Source of the DNA: Clostridia bacterium
GTDB lineage: Bacteria > Bacteroidota > Bacteroidia > Bacteroidales > 4484-276
Length of the DNA: 64,000 nt
Assembly: GCA_009928785.1 (NCBI GenBank)
Contig: SABY01000002.1
Span: 10,147-74,146, forward strand
Reading direction: 5' to 3'
Of the stretch, positions 47,133-56,261 are shown piece after piece (the first letter of the stretch is position 1; the number at the start of each line of letters is the position of its first letter). Position numbers and translations under genes: made by a program. The notes under the pieces were generated by a model that was not told the DNA's origin, ran no database searches, and worked only from the letters and a program-made list of their open reading frames with translations.

Positions 47133-48092
47133 TTATTCGAACATATTAAAATCTAACACTCTGTCTTCATAAATACTCGAGGCTGATTCTTGAAATATTT
47201 TATTAATACTTTTCTCTCGCGGTTTAATTTTTTTGGTGTAAAAACTTTCTGAACACGCCCACATTTCAGACCTACAAAGTAATAAATCATTCAGTTTTTT
47301 AAATAATGTATCTTCATCACAATCAAAAAAAGACTGAACAAAACCTCCGCAATTCGATTTATGTTCTTTCAGATAACCCACTATTAAAACATTCCCATCT
47401 TCAATTGGGAAAAATGAAATAAATATATCTGTTAAAATTTCGTAGTCTTTACCTGTTGACTGAATTTGATTCTTTCTTTCACTTGTAGTTTCATAGGTAA
47501 AATGTGAGGCAAGACAAATTTCACAATGTTTAGTATATTTAAATTTAAAGACGAAATTTTGAGTGTTACTATTTAAGTCTGATTCAATTTTTCCCTGATA
47601 ATATTCAATATCTTTAATCCCAACTCTTTGCTGCTTGTCCAAATCATCAATTAACTCAATGTCAATTTCTCCTGACAATATTCTAGATTCTTTTTGATAT
47701 TTATACCAATCTAATAATATCTCTTTCTTAACTTTTTCATTTAATAATGTTCGATACGCAAAAAGTAATTGGCTTTTATAATTTTCAAAATCTATTTCAA
47801 AATCTTCAATCGGAGAAAATATGTTTTTGTCATGTACTGTACAAAAACCTTTAAAAGAAAAGGCCTGGTTAATACCGACTCGTTTAAAATGGAATAAGTC
47901 GGTTTTAAAGAAATCAGATTCTGAGATTCGAATATGACCATTTTCTGCTATCTCATTCAGGATTCCATTTTTCTGTAATACATGCGAATTTATAGCTTGC
48001 TCATTACAATTTTTCACATTACATATTCTCTGTTTTGCAGAAGCTCTTCTAAATGTTTTATTAAGAACCTCTTGTATTTGCTTGCTTTTCAT
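47133..48092 (-). CDS. hypothetical Cys/His-rich protein (319 aa) downstream of the helicase-PLD gene
   Basis: AT-rich ORF co-directional with 48264-51443. Motifs CNVKNCNEQAINSHVL and GFCTVHD; no family recognised. An alternative upstream start is at 48182. Confidence 0.55.
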   Translation of the reverse strand: MKSKQIQEVLNKTFRRASAKQRICNVKNCNEQAINSHVLQKNGILNEIAENGHIRISESDFFKTDLFHFKRVGINQAFSFKGFCTVHDKNIFSPIEDFEIDFENYKSQLLFAYRTLLNEKVKKEILLDWYKYQKESRILSGEIDIELIDDLDKQQRVGIKDIEYYQGKIESDLNSNTQNFVFKFKYTKHCEICLASHFTYETTSERKNQIQSTGKDYEILTDIFISFFPIEDGNVLIVGYLKEHKSNCGGFVQSFFDCDEDTLFKKLNDLLLCRSEMWACSESFYTKKIKPREKSINKIFQESASSIYEDRVLDFNMFE

Positions 48093-48263
48093 TATTATAT
48101 TTTTGCCTATCATTACTACCAACGGATGTATCTGTATGTCCAATAAGGAATTCTCACCTAAATTACATACGAAGTATTGCACTTCAATTTATTGTTTTCC
48201 TGTCCTAAATAGCACGAACTCCCAACTTGCGAGTAAATGTTGTTATGCGCATACTCTTCTCTT

Positions 48264-51200
48264 CTATTTTGGCTTCCACCATGCATTTCTCCTATTAGAA
48301 TATTTATAACCTCGCATTTTAACCGAACTCCAAAGTAACTTTTCTGATTCCCACTGTCTGCCTGCCGTTTCATTGTCAAATAGGTCTAATGCAGTTTCGG
48401 TTGTTGGCGTATTTGTATTATTTATTCTGGCTGGCCGTCTTGGGGGATTTGGATTTCTTCTTGCCTGGCGTCTTTCCAATTCTTCCAAAGCCTTAATTCT
48501 AATGTCGGCTGTAAATCTGCAATTAGGATAACCTGAACATCCATAAAATGACCTGCCGTAATAATTCTTGGGGCGGATAAAGTTTATCTTGTCCAACTTT
48601 TTACATTCAGGGCAAAACTCACCATTTAGATTAGGATTGTAAAGTAATTCTTCTAAGTCAAACCTTTTAAACAATTCTTTCACTGTGTTTTCTCCCTCAA
48701 ATCGCTTCATGTATTCTTTCCTGCTGTTGTGACTCAAAATATTTAAGCTACCAGACCATTCGATTTTCCTGTCAATTATCGCAATTTTTTCGTGCATTCC
48801 ATCTCGAAACTTAACAGTGACACCCATTTCTTTCAATTTTGAAACCACTTCTGTTGCGCCTTTTAACTGAAGTCGGTCATTGGGAGAGAGGGTTATTACG
48901 GAAATTCGGATTCCCTTTGAAAGCAACTGTGAAAACTTCATTTGAAGTTTTCCTAACCTATCACTTGTGAGATAAGGAGAAAAAATTATCAATTCGGAAT
49001 TTGCTTTTGCCAAATCGTTATGGAACGCCACCCAAAAATCAATGTCGTCATAATTAGAACCGATGTTCTCTGGACTATCTTCAAGTGAATTGAGTTTGGC
49101 TGCCCAATAATCAAAATTTTCGTCACGCAAATCAGCAATGATTTCAGTTGAACTGATTTCCTTTCCTTTTTCAATGATGTGATCCAGCACATCAATGAAA
49201 AAAGTATTTCTTTCAAAAGATTTCTTGATGTATTTGTGGTTTGCAACAACAAACAATTTTGTTTTCGCTCTTGTCAAAGCAACATTGATAAGTAGTTTAG
49301 CACTTTCGGTGTTGTTGTACTCATTTATCATTGACCATTTCTTTGCTCCTTCTCCTTCAACACTATCAAAAATTATTGCTGTCTCTTCACCTCCCTGAAA
49401 ACTGTGAATAGTGTTTACTCTTATTATAGCTTTTTCGTTTTTTTTATTTTTATCAATCAGCCCTTTGTCCTCTGCAATTTTCAGAATAAGTCGTGCCTGA
49501 CTTCTGTATGGTGTAATTATTCCGATGGATTCGTTTTGTTCAAATGACTTTGATAATTTTTCAGCAAGTGAAACGCAAATCAAAGCACTAATAAGATTAA
49601 ATCTGCCGCGAGCCTCTAACTGACTGCACCAAGGATTATGAATTGAAGTGTCAATGAGACAAACTGCTGAATTACCTGCAACGCTGTCGTATTTAATTTT
49701 GCTTTTTACGGATTCATCATCTTCAAGTCGGTTTTCGTAAATTCTTTTGTTTACTATTTCCGAAATGTGTGGGTGCATTCTGTATTGTATGTAAAGTGGT
49801 TGCACTCTTTTTTCCGCTTGGCTTATTTCAGAAATATGCAGTTCATCAAATATGCTTCTGCCTAACCATTTCTTTGCAAGTTCATCATCAGAAATGCATA
49901 TAGGTGGAAGCTGTTTGAAGTCGCCTACAATTGTAATTCCCTTTTTGATTTTTGAAGCTGCCCAATAGAGCATAGGCATTGGAGCCATGCTCACCTCATC
50001 AACAAGCAAGATATCAAATTCAACATTCTCAATCTCCTTGGAAATGTAGGATTTAGTTAAAGTGGTTGCAACGAGTTTTGCATCTTTCAGAACCTGGATT
50101 TTTATTTCCTCAAGAGCCTTGTTGATTTCATTCAACCGGATTTGCAATTGCCTTACCTTATTGTCAAACTCATTTACTTCACTTTGAATTTCTGAAAGTG
50201 ATTTGCCAACTTTAGAAAGCTGTTTTGATAATTCAGCTTCGCTTTTCCTATACGTTGTTGCAAGTGTATGAGCATTTTGATTGGCTTGCGTTAATTTTTT
50301 CTCAAGGTTTTTAAGTTGATTTGTCCAGTCAGATAGATTTAAGTTAGCAATTTCAAGATATGCTTCAATCCTACAAGGAGCAAGTCCTAAAAGTATTCGT
50401 TTTAAAACTCCTGAATTCTGTGCCTTAATTAATTCTTTCTGCAGCTCTGATATTCGCTTTTGAGTTTGAGAAATGTCATATTTTAATGGGTTTGCTAGTA
50501 AAAAAAGAGCTAGTTGTTCAGCTCCTAAATTTGATAGCTGTGAATTTATCTTGCCCATTTCGAGATTCAGATTTATAATGTCGTCGTTAGTTTGTTTTGC
50601 TTCTTTGATATTTTCAAGCCTACTATTCAATTCCTGTTTTTCTTCTAAAAGATATTTTGATTTGAACTCGGCAATCTTGTCAATCATTACCAAAGTGCAA
50701 TCTTCCTGTTCATATTTATCACTCATTTCAGGTTTTGGAGTTCCTAACCTTAACAGTTGCCCTTCTTTGTAATAAGTTTTTCTCATTTGACCCGCTACTT
50801 TCAAAAGTGCTTGGTCAACAGCATTGTTTGAATGTGATAAGAGTAAAACCTTTCTGCCTAAGTTCAAATGACTTTCAATTGCTTTAGCAATCGTTTGAGT
50901 TTTTCCTGTTCCAGGTGGCCCCCAAATTATCGAAAGGAAATCGTTGATTGAAGATTCAACTGCTTTATGTTGATATGGATTCGGGTGGTCTTTTCCGTTG
51001 ATAGAATATGATGTGCTGAAATTCCCTCCATCAATTTGAGAACGGTCGTCTTGAAATAACTTGTTGCTGTTTTCAAATCGGCTTTGAGTGTTTAGGTTGT
51101 CCTCATATTTCTTTTTTAATCGTTCAAGCAAATACCAAGTGTTAGTTTTAATTTTTGCAATCGGAATTCTTTCTCCTAATTTCTGCTTGATAGAAATTTG

Positions 51201-51443
51201 AACCTGTAGTCCTGTTACGGAAATAATGTCGCAATCATATTCTTTGCCGTTTACTTCAATGTTGGCTGGCGTGTCGTCAAGGGCAACCAGAAAACTTTCA
51301 AGAGTAAATTGATAAATAAAAAGGTCAAGAGTGTGTCTAATCAGCTCTCCATTATAAACTGTTGCAATATTGCCGCCTATCCCATTTTGGAGGACCTCAA
51401 TTTCAATTGCTAAAGCATCTATGAATTCATTTACAATGGCCAT
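48264..51443 (-). CDS. SF1 (Upf1/DNA2-like) helicase fused to a PLD-family nuclease and a topoisomerase-type C4 zinc ribbon (Mokosh type II-like)
   Basis: Helicase motifs: Walker A IWGPPGTGKTQT; LLVDEVSM; GDFKQLPP; QYRMHPHI; TPYRSQ; HSFQGGE; NVALTRAK. HKD motif GMHEKIAIIDRKIEWSGSLNILSH. Zinc ribbon CPECKK...YGCSGYPNC. Confidence 0.85.
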   Translation of the reverse strand: MAIVNEFIDALAIEIEVLQNGIGGNIATVYNGELIRHTLDLFIYQFTLESFLVALDDTPANIEVNGKEYDCDIISVTGLQVQISIKQKLGERIPIAKIKTNTWYLLERLKKKYEDNLNTQSRFENSNKLFQDDRSQIDGGNFSTSYSINGKDHPNPYQHKAVESSINDFLSIIWGPPGTGKTQTIAKAIESHLNLGRKVLLLSHSNNAVDQALLKVAGQMRKTYYKEGQLLRLGTPKPEMSDKYEQEDCTLVMIDKIAEFKSKYLLEEKQELNSRLENIKEAKQTNDDIINLNLEMGKINSQLSNLGAEQLALFLLANPLKYDISQTQKRISELQKELIKAQNSGVLKRILLGLAPCRIEAYLEIANLNLSDWTNQLKNLEKKLTQANQNAHTLATTYRKSEAELSKQLSKVGKSLSEIQSEVNEFDNKVRQLQIRLNEINKALEEIKIQVLKDAKLVATTLTKSYISKEIENVEFDILLVDEVSMAPMPMLYWAASKIKKGITIVGDFKQLPPICISDDELAKKWLGRSIFDELHISEISQAEKRVQPLYIQYRMHPHISEIVNKRIYENRLEDDESVKSKIKYDSVAGNSAVCLIDTSIHNPWCSQLEARGRFNLISALICVSLAEKLSKSFEQNESIGIITPYRSQARLILKIAEDKGLIDKNKKNEKAIIRVNTIHSFQGGEETAIIFDSVEGEGAKKWSMINEYNNTESAKLLINVALTRAKTKLFVVANHKYIKKSFERNTFFIDVLDHIIEKGKEISSTEIIADLRDENFDYWAAKLNSLEDSPENIGSNYDDIDFWVAFHNDLAKANSELIIFSPYLTSDRLGKLQMKFSQLLSKGIRISVITLSPNDRLQLKGATEVVSKLKEMGVTVKFRDGMHEKIAIIDRKIEWSGSLNILSHNSRKEYMKRFEGENTVKELFKRFDLEELLYNPNLNGEFCPECKKLDKINFIRPKNYYGRSFYGCSGYPNCRFTADIRIKALEELERRQARRNPNPPRRPARINNTNTPTTETALDLFDNETAGRQWESEKLLWSSVKMRGYKYSNRRNAWWKPK

Positions 51444-51594
51444 GTTTTGTCAGTTATTTTGAACTTGTTCCGTACTTTAAAGAGTTGTAGCGTTTTACAA
51501 TACAAACCGGTTAGGTTTTCGAGCGCGTCTGTATCCACAGTTGGGAAAGTTGATTTCAAAATCTAAGTCCCGCAAACCACCGCATTGCACGTGC

Positions 51595-52074
51595 TTAATG
51601 TGTGTGTTGTGGTTTCGTGGTTTTGCTTTTCCTGGATTCGCCAACATTATAGAGAAACTCCGGGGCGAAATCTGCTCCATTTTCCCATTCAATCGTAAAT
51701 GGATTTAATTTGAAGTTTTTGAAATACTCTTCGTTTTTTAAAGGAACAAACATTCCGCCCCATAATTGATCTTGAAAGTCAATGACTTTAGTTTTTCCGT
51801 CATTAAATCGGAATTCGATTTTGTATCCTTCAATGTATTTTGCGCAGATTACTTTTATTGGATAGATTTCTTGTCTTACACTTTCTACTTCTTCTGTTAT
51901 AGTTTTTAGATCAAGGTCTTTTGTTTTAAATGTCTTTAGTAAACGAGACAATTTTGTATCAATAGCCTCTTTTTCCAATTCTTTGGTCAACATAATTTTT
52001 TGTTGCCGTGGAAGCTGCTTAACCACCGAAAGGATTTGCTCAAACGTAATATCTATTTGCAATGCTGTTTTCAT
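51595..52074 (-). CDS. antitoxin-like N-terminal region fused to a DUF2442-like domain
   Basis: N-terminus ITFEQILSVVKQLPRQQKIMLTKELEKE...ITEEVESVRQEIY resembles small addiction-module antidote-like proteins. The C-terminal half YKIEFRFNDGKTKVIDF...IEWENGADFAPEFLY is DUF2442-like. Confidence 0.55.
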   Translation of the reverse strand: MKTALQIDITFEQILSVVKQLPRQQKIMLTKELEKEAIDTKLSRLLKTFKTKDLDLKTITEEVESVRQEIYPIKVICAKYIEGYKIEFRFNDGKTKVIDFQDQLWGGMFVPLKNEEYFKNFKLNPFTIEWENGADFAPEFLYNVGESRKSKTTKPQHTH

Positions 52075-52312
52075 CTTTCAAGCTGTTTTTATTGTTTCGC
52101 AAATTTAAAAAATAATCATTGTAGTCCGCAATTTTATTCATGTGTTCACCTCGTTGGGAAACACACTTTTTTATAAGTCAAAAGTTGTTCATGGTATTTT
52201 TACGAATTGAAGGTCGGCTGTTTTTGACCAGACTACTTTTCGTTTAGCCTTTCTATATTTCGTTTATCCTTCCGGCAATTCTTACTTGATATCATATTTT
52301 AAAATACTACCA

Positions 52313-53686
52313 TCACTCCTTCACCCAAATAGTTTTAATATTAACAAACTCCTTGATGCCGTAATGCGAAAGCTCGCGGCCGTAGCCGGAGTTTTTGATG
52401 CCGCCAAAAGGCAGGCGGGGATCGGATTTTGTCATCCCGTTGATGAACACACCGCCCGACTCGATCTGCCGCGCCAACTGCTGCGCCTTTTCGATGTCGC
52501 GGCTCCAGAGGCTGCCGCCCAGTCCGTATTGGCTGTTGTTGGCAAGCAGGATGGCGTGTTCTTCGCTGTCGGCTTTTATCACCGCCATCACCGGGCCGAA
52601 AGTTTCTTCATCAAACAGCGGCATTCCGGCCGTAACGTCCGTAACTACAGCCGGAGCAAAATAAAATCCTTTTCGCTTTAGCGGATGTCCGCCCATGCGT
52701 AGTTTGGCGCCCATGCGCACCGATTTGTCTATTTGCTGCTGCAATGCGTCCATCAGGTCGGCGCGTGCCAGGGGGCCATAGTCGATGTGGTCAGTGGCGG
52801 GATCGCCGGTTTTCAGAGTTTCCATTTTGTGGATGGCGCGCGCCACAAAATCGTCGTAAACTTCTTTGGCCACGATAAAACGCTTGGCGGCAATGCAACT
52901 CTGGCCAGTGTTGATCATGCGGGCAGTTACGGCTGTTTCGACACATTTTTCCATATCGGCATCAGCCAAAACAATGAAGGCGTCGGAGCCGCCAAGTTCC
53001 AGCACGGTTTTTTTGAGCAGGCGTCCGCAGGTGGCGGCTACTTTGCTTCCGGCATGTTCGCTGCCGGTAAGTGTTGCAGCGCGGATGTTCCGGTGTTGTA
53101 ATATCTCCTCCACTTTGTCGGAACCCACCAGAAGCGTACGAAACAGATTTTCCGGGGCACCGGCCTGCTCAAAAACTGACTCTATGGCCAGTGCGCAGCC
53201 GCTTACGTTGGAAGCGTGTTTGAGCACCCCCGCATTGCCAGCCATGAGCGCCGGAGCGGCAAAACGGAATACCTGCCAAAACGGAAAATTCCAGGGCATT
53301 ACGGCCAGCACCACCCCTATCGGCTCAAAAGAAACAAAGCTCCGTGAAGCATCGCTGGCGATGGTTTCGTCTGCAAGAATCTTTGCTGCATTTTCGGCGT
53401 AATAGCGGCACACCCACGCGCACTTTTCTATCTCGGAGCGCGCCTCGCTTAGCGGCTTGCCCATTTCGTTGGTCATCAGCAGCGCCAGCTCATCCCGGCG
53501 TTTCTCTAAAACATCGGCCACGCGCAGCATCAACTCCGAGCGGTGATCTATGGTGGTGGTTTTCCAATGATTCCAAGCCTCGTAAACCTGATCGACGATC
53601 CGGTTGCATTGTTCGATAGTGTAGGGTTCGTATTCGAGAATGAGCGCTTCGGTGGAAGGATTGATACTTTTCATAATGGTTTTCAA
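52313..53686 (-). CDS. NAD(P)-dependent aldehyde dehydrogenase (succinate-semialdehyde dehydrogenase-like)
   Basis: VLELGGSDAFIV and NTGQSCIAAKRF (catalytic Cys) motifs; 457 aa. Confidence 0.9.
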   Translation of the reverse strand: MKTIMKSINPSTEALILEYEPYTIEQCNRIVDQVYEAWNHWKTTTIDHRSELMLRVADVLEKRRDELALLMTNEMGKPLSEARSEIEKCAWVCRYYAENAAKILADETIASDASRSFVSFEPIGVVLAVMPWNFPFWQVFRFAAPALMAGNAGVLKHASNVSGCALAIESVFEQAGAPENLFRTLLVGSDKVEEILQHRNIRAATLTGSEHAGSKVAATCGRLLKKTVLELGGSDAFIVLADADMEKCVETAVTARMINTGQSCIAAKRFIVAKEVYDDFVARAIHKMETLKTGDPATDHIDYGPLARADLMDALQQQIDKSVRMGAKLRMGGHPLKRKGFYFAPAVVTDVTAGMPLFDEETFGPVMAVIKADSEEHAILLANNSQYGLGGSLWSRDIEKAQQLARQIESGGVFINGMTKSDPRLPFGGIKNSGYGRELSHYGIKEFVNIKTIWVKE

Positions 53687-53731
53687 ATTATTTTTGCGAA
53701 TTTACAATTTCCCATTAATCCGCCAACAATT

Positions 53732-54394
53732 TTGAAACGGACAAAGCCCATAGATTTCACAATCGTCAAAGCCATCGTCTGGGACTGGAACGGCACACTG
53801 CTCGACGATACCGCCATGAGCCTTAGCGCCATGAACCAGATGCTCGCCAGACGCCAGCTCCCGCTGCTGAGCCAGGAGCGCTACCGCGAAATTTTTACGT
53901 TTCCGGTGCGCGATTATTACGAAAAAGCAGGTTTGTTTTTTAATGAAAAAGACTGGGATACTGTGGCAATGGAATTTATAGAAAACTACAAGGCTCTGCT
54001 TCCCGGCTGCGGCATCCATAGCGGCACCAGCCAAATTATCGGATATTTACAGACCCGTGGCTACCGCCAATTTATCCTTTCGGCCATGCAGCAGCAGTTG
54101 CTTCTGGCCTCTGTGGAAGCGTGTCTGGATGCCAAATATTTTGAAAGTATCAATGGATTAAACGATCACTATGCGCACAGCAAAGAGGAAAATGCTCAGC
54201 AGTTGGTGACTAAAAGCGGATTGCTGGCTAACGAGCTTTTGATGATTGGCGACACGCTGCACGACTGCGAAGTGGCCATGAGTGCCGGCATGCAATGTAT
54301 CTTGTTTTCGGGTGGGCACCATGCCGCTCACCGGTTACGGGCCAGCGGAACGTTGGTGATTGACAGGCTGGAAAGACTTACGGAATTGCTTTGA
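53732..54394 (+). CDS. HAD-superfamily hydrolase (phosphoglycolate phosphatase-like)
   Basis: Motif I IVWDWNGTLLDD; SAM... motif II; GDTLHD motif IV. The only in-frame start after the convergent ALDH gene is the TTG at 53732. The ORF-track start at 53543 would overlap the ALDH gene. Confidence 0.65.
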   Translation: MKRTKPIDFTIVKAIVWDWNGTLLDDTAMSLSAMNQMLARRQLPLLSQERYREIFTFPVRDYYEKAGLFFNEKDWDTVAMEFIENYKALLPGCGIHSGTSQIIGYLQTRGYRQFILSAMQQQLLLASVEACLDAKYFESINGLNDHYAHSKEENAQQLVTKSGLLANELLMIGDTLHDCEVAMSAGMQCILFSGGHHAAHRLRASGTLVIDRLERLTELL

Positions 54395-54419
54395 GATTTT
54401 AGAAACACATCATTCACTC

Positions 54420-54645
54420 CTACGCCAGTTTCACAAAGTTACCCTCAAATTTAACATTGAAGTTTATTTCAGCTTGCAATGCTTTGAAAACGCTGATGAT
54501 GGTATCGACGGTAGCGCTGTTAGCACTTCTTTCAAGTTTTGAAATTTGCGCTTTCTGATATCTGGTAAAAACGGCCACTCCCTGAGTCCCCTTCTCACTT
54601 CTTTGTCAGGCGACGGAAAGAATGCAAACATACAGACCGCTGCAT
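54420..54645 (-). pseudogene. XRE-family HTH gene, apparently frameshifted
   Basis: Frame A runs from the ATG at 54645: MQRSVCLHSFRRLTKK*. The adjacent frame continues SEKGTQGVAVFTRYQKAQISKLERSANSATVDTIISVFKALQAEINFNVKFEGNFVKLA*. Joined, they read like a ~74-aa HTH_3 protein. The total length of 226 nt is not a multiple of 3. Confidence 0.4.
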
Positions 54646-54657
54646 TGGCTGGTTCAA

Positions 54658-55431
54658 TTATCTCGCATCGCCATCACCCTCAATATCGATTGGCTCATAA
54701 TTTTCGGAAGGCAGCTCAATCATCACTTCCTGCCCGGTTTTCACACCATTTACAAAATGCTCTATGCGTTCCACCTCACCGCTTTCGATGTAATAGACCC
54801 AAGCGCCGGTTTTAAGTCCGTGGTTGTATTTGCCGGCAGCGCGCACTTTGCCGTTGGGCTGGTAAAAAGTGATGGTGTCGTTCAGGGTGTCGTTTACAAA
54901 AAGGCCTTTGGTTTTCAGTTTCCCATCTTTAAAATACTGAATCCATTCGCCATCTTTTAAGCCGCTGTCGTAGTGGAGGATTTCTGCCGTATCACCATTT
55001 TGATAAAAAACAAAGAAGTCGCCTTGCAGCGTGTCGTTGACGTAATTTTCGGTGGTGAGCAGTTGGCCGTATTGGTCGTAATATTTCCATTCACCAGTTT
55101 TCAACCGGTTGAGATAAGTGCCTTCGGATTGTACTACTCCGCCGGGATGAAATGATGTGGTCGCAGCCCGTGTTCCGCTGTCGCTCATCAGTTGCCGCAC
55201 TTTTATACGTGCTGCATCGTCATAATAAATAAACTCGCCCACCGGCACATCATCCACAAACTGTCCATGGTAGATCAGCCGCCCGGAGGCATCTGATTTT
55301 TTCCAGACACCCTGCCGGCGTCCCTGCGCGTCGGTTTGGTTGAGTGTGTCGCTGTGCTGCGCTTTGGCCTGAAAGCTCCAGACAAACACTATGCACATCA
55401 TCAGCAAAAGGGTTTTCATTTTCTTTCTCAT
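54658..55431 (-). CDS. MORN-variant / YwqK-family repeat protein, secreted
   Basis: Signal peptide, then repeated G.W..Y...G motifs (GEWKYYDQYGQL, DGEWIQYFKDGKL, TGAWVYYIESGEV). Confidence 0.75.
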   Translation of the reverse strand: MRKKMKTLLLMMCIVFVWSFQAKAQHSDTLNQTDAQGRRQGVWKKSDASGRLIYHGQFVDDVPVGEFIYYDDAARIKVRQLMSDSGTRAATTSFHPGGVVQSEGTYLNRLKTGEWKYYDQYGQLLTTENYVNDTLQGDFFVFYQNGDTAEILHYDSGLKDGEWIQYFKDGKLKTKGLFVNDTLNDTITFYQPNGKVRAAGKYNHGLKTGAWVYYIESGEVERIEHFVNGVKTGQEVMIELPSENYEPIDIEGDGDAR

Positions 55432-55570
55432 ATAATTAAGCGGGAAATTCTTACGCTATAAAAAAGTGTTATTTTTCTTGACTGCACCAAAACAACGGAA
55501 AAAATTGGTCATTATTTAGTACAAAAAACCAAAGCACTACTTTTGCAAAAATACTACACGATCAAAACCA

Positions 55571-56191
55571 GTGAATAATTACTCATCCAAACTCCTCGAA
55601 AACGCTGTTGACGAGCTTTCGCGCCTGCCGGGCATCGGTCGTCGCACGGCGCTGCGCCTGGCGCTGCACCTGCTGGGCGAAGAAACAAGCACCGTAGAAG
55701 CGCTGGCCAACGCATTGACCACGCTTCGCAGCGAAATAAAATATTGCCGCACCTGCCACAACCTCTCCGACAGCGAATTGTGCGACATCTGCCGCGACAC
55801 CCGCCGCAACCGCGAAATCATCTGCGTGGTTGAGGACGTCCGCGACGTGATGGCCATCGAAAAAACCAGCCAGTACCGCGGCTTATATCACGTGCTGGGC
55901 GGCATCATCTCACCCATGGACGGCATCGGTCCCAAAGACCTCACCATCGACAACCTGGTGGAACGGCTTCGCAGCGACGAAGCGAAAGAGGTGATTTTTG
56001 CGCTGGCAGCCACCATCGAAGGCGACACCACCAATTATTATTTGTACAAACAAATTAAGGATTTTGATGTAAAGGTAACCACCATTGCGCGTGGTGTGTC
56101 GGTAGGCGATGAACTGGAATATGCTGACGAGGTTACGCTGGGACGCTCTATTATTACACGCTTCCCCTACGAAAATGCCATGGCGCGCTGA
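55571..56191 (+). CDS. recR: recombination protein RecR
   Basis: [17 protein letters not shown] HhH motif, [16 protein letters not shown] zinc finger and a Toprim region. GTG start. Confidence 0.9.
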   Translation: MNNYSSKLLENAVDELSRLPGIGRRTALRLALHLLGEETSTVEALANALTTLRSEIKYCRTCHNLSDSELCDICRDTRRNREIICVVEDVRDVMAIEKTSQYRGLYHVLGGIISPMDGIGPKDLTIDNLVERLRSDEAKEVIFALAATIEGDTTNYYLYKQIKDFDVKVTTIARGVSVGDELEYADEVTLGRSIITRFPYENAMAR

Positions 56192-56261
56192 TGGATTATT
56201 AACTCTATCTTTTTTTACCACGCAAGGGAACCAAGGGCACGAACGCTAAAAATCTTTTTTC

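Noticed and set aside
53543-53731. N-terminal 63 aa of the ORF-track call 53543-54394
   Set aside because: This part overlaps the 5' end of the ALDH gene on the opposite strand and has no HAD similarity. The HAD motif I appears just after an in-frame TTG at 53732.
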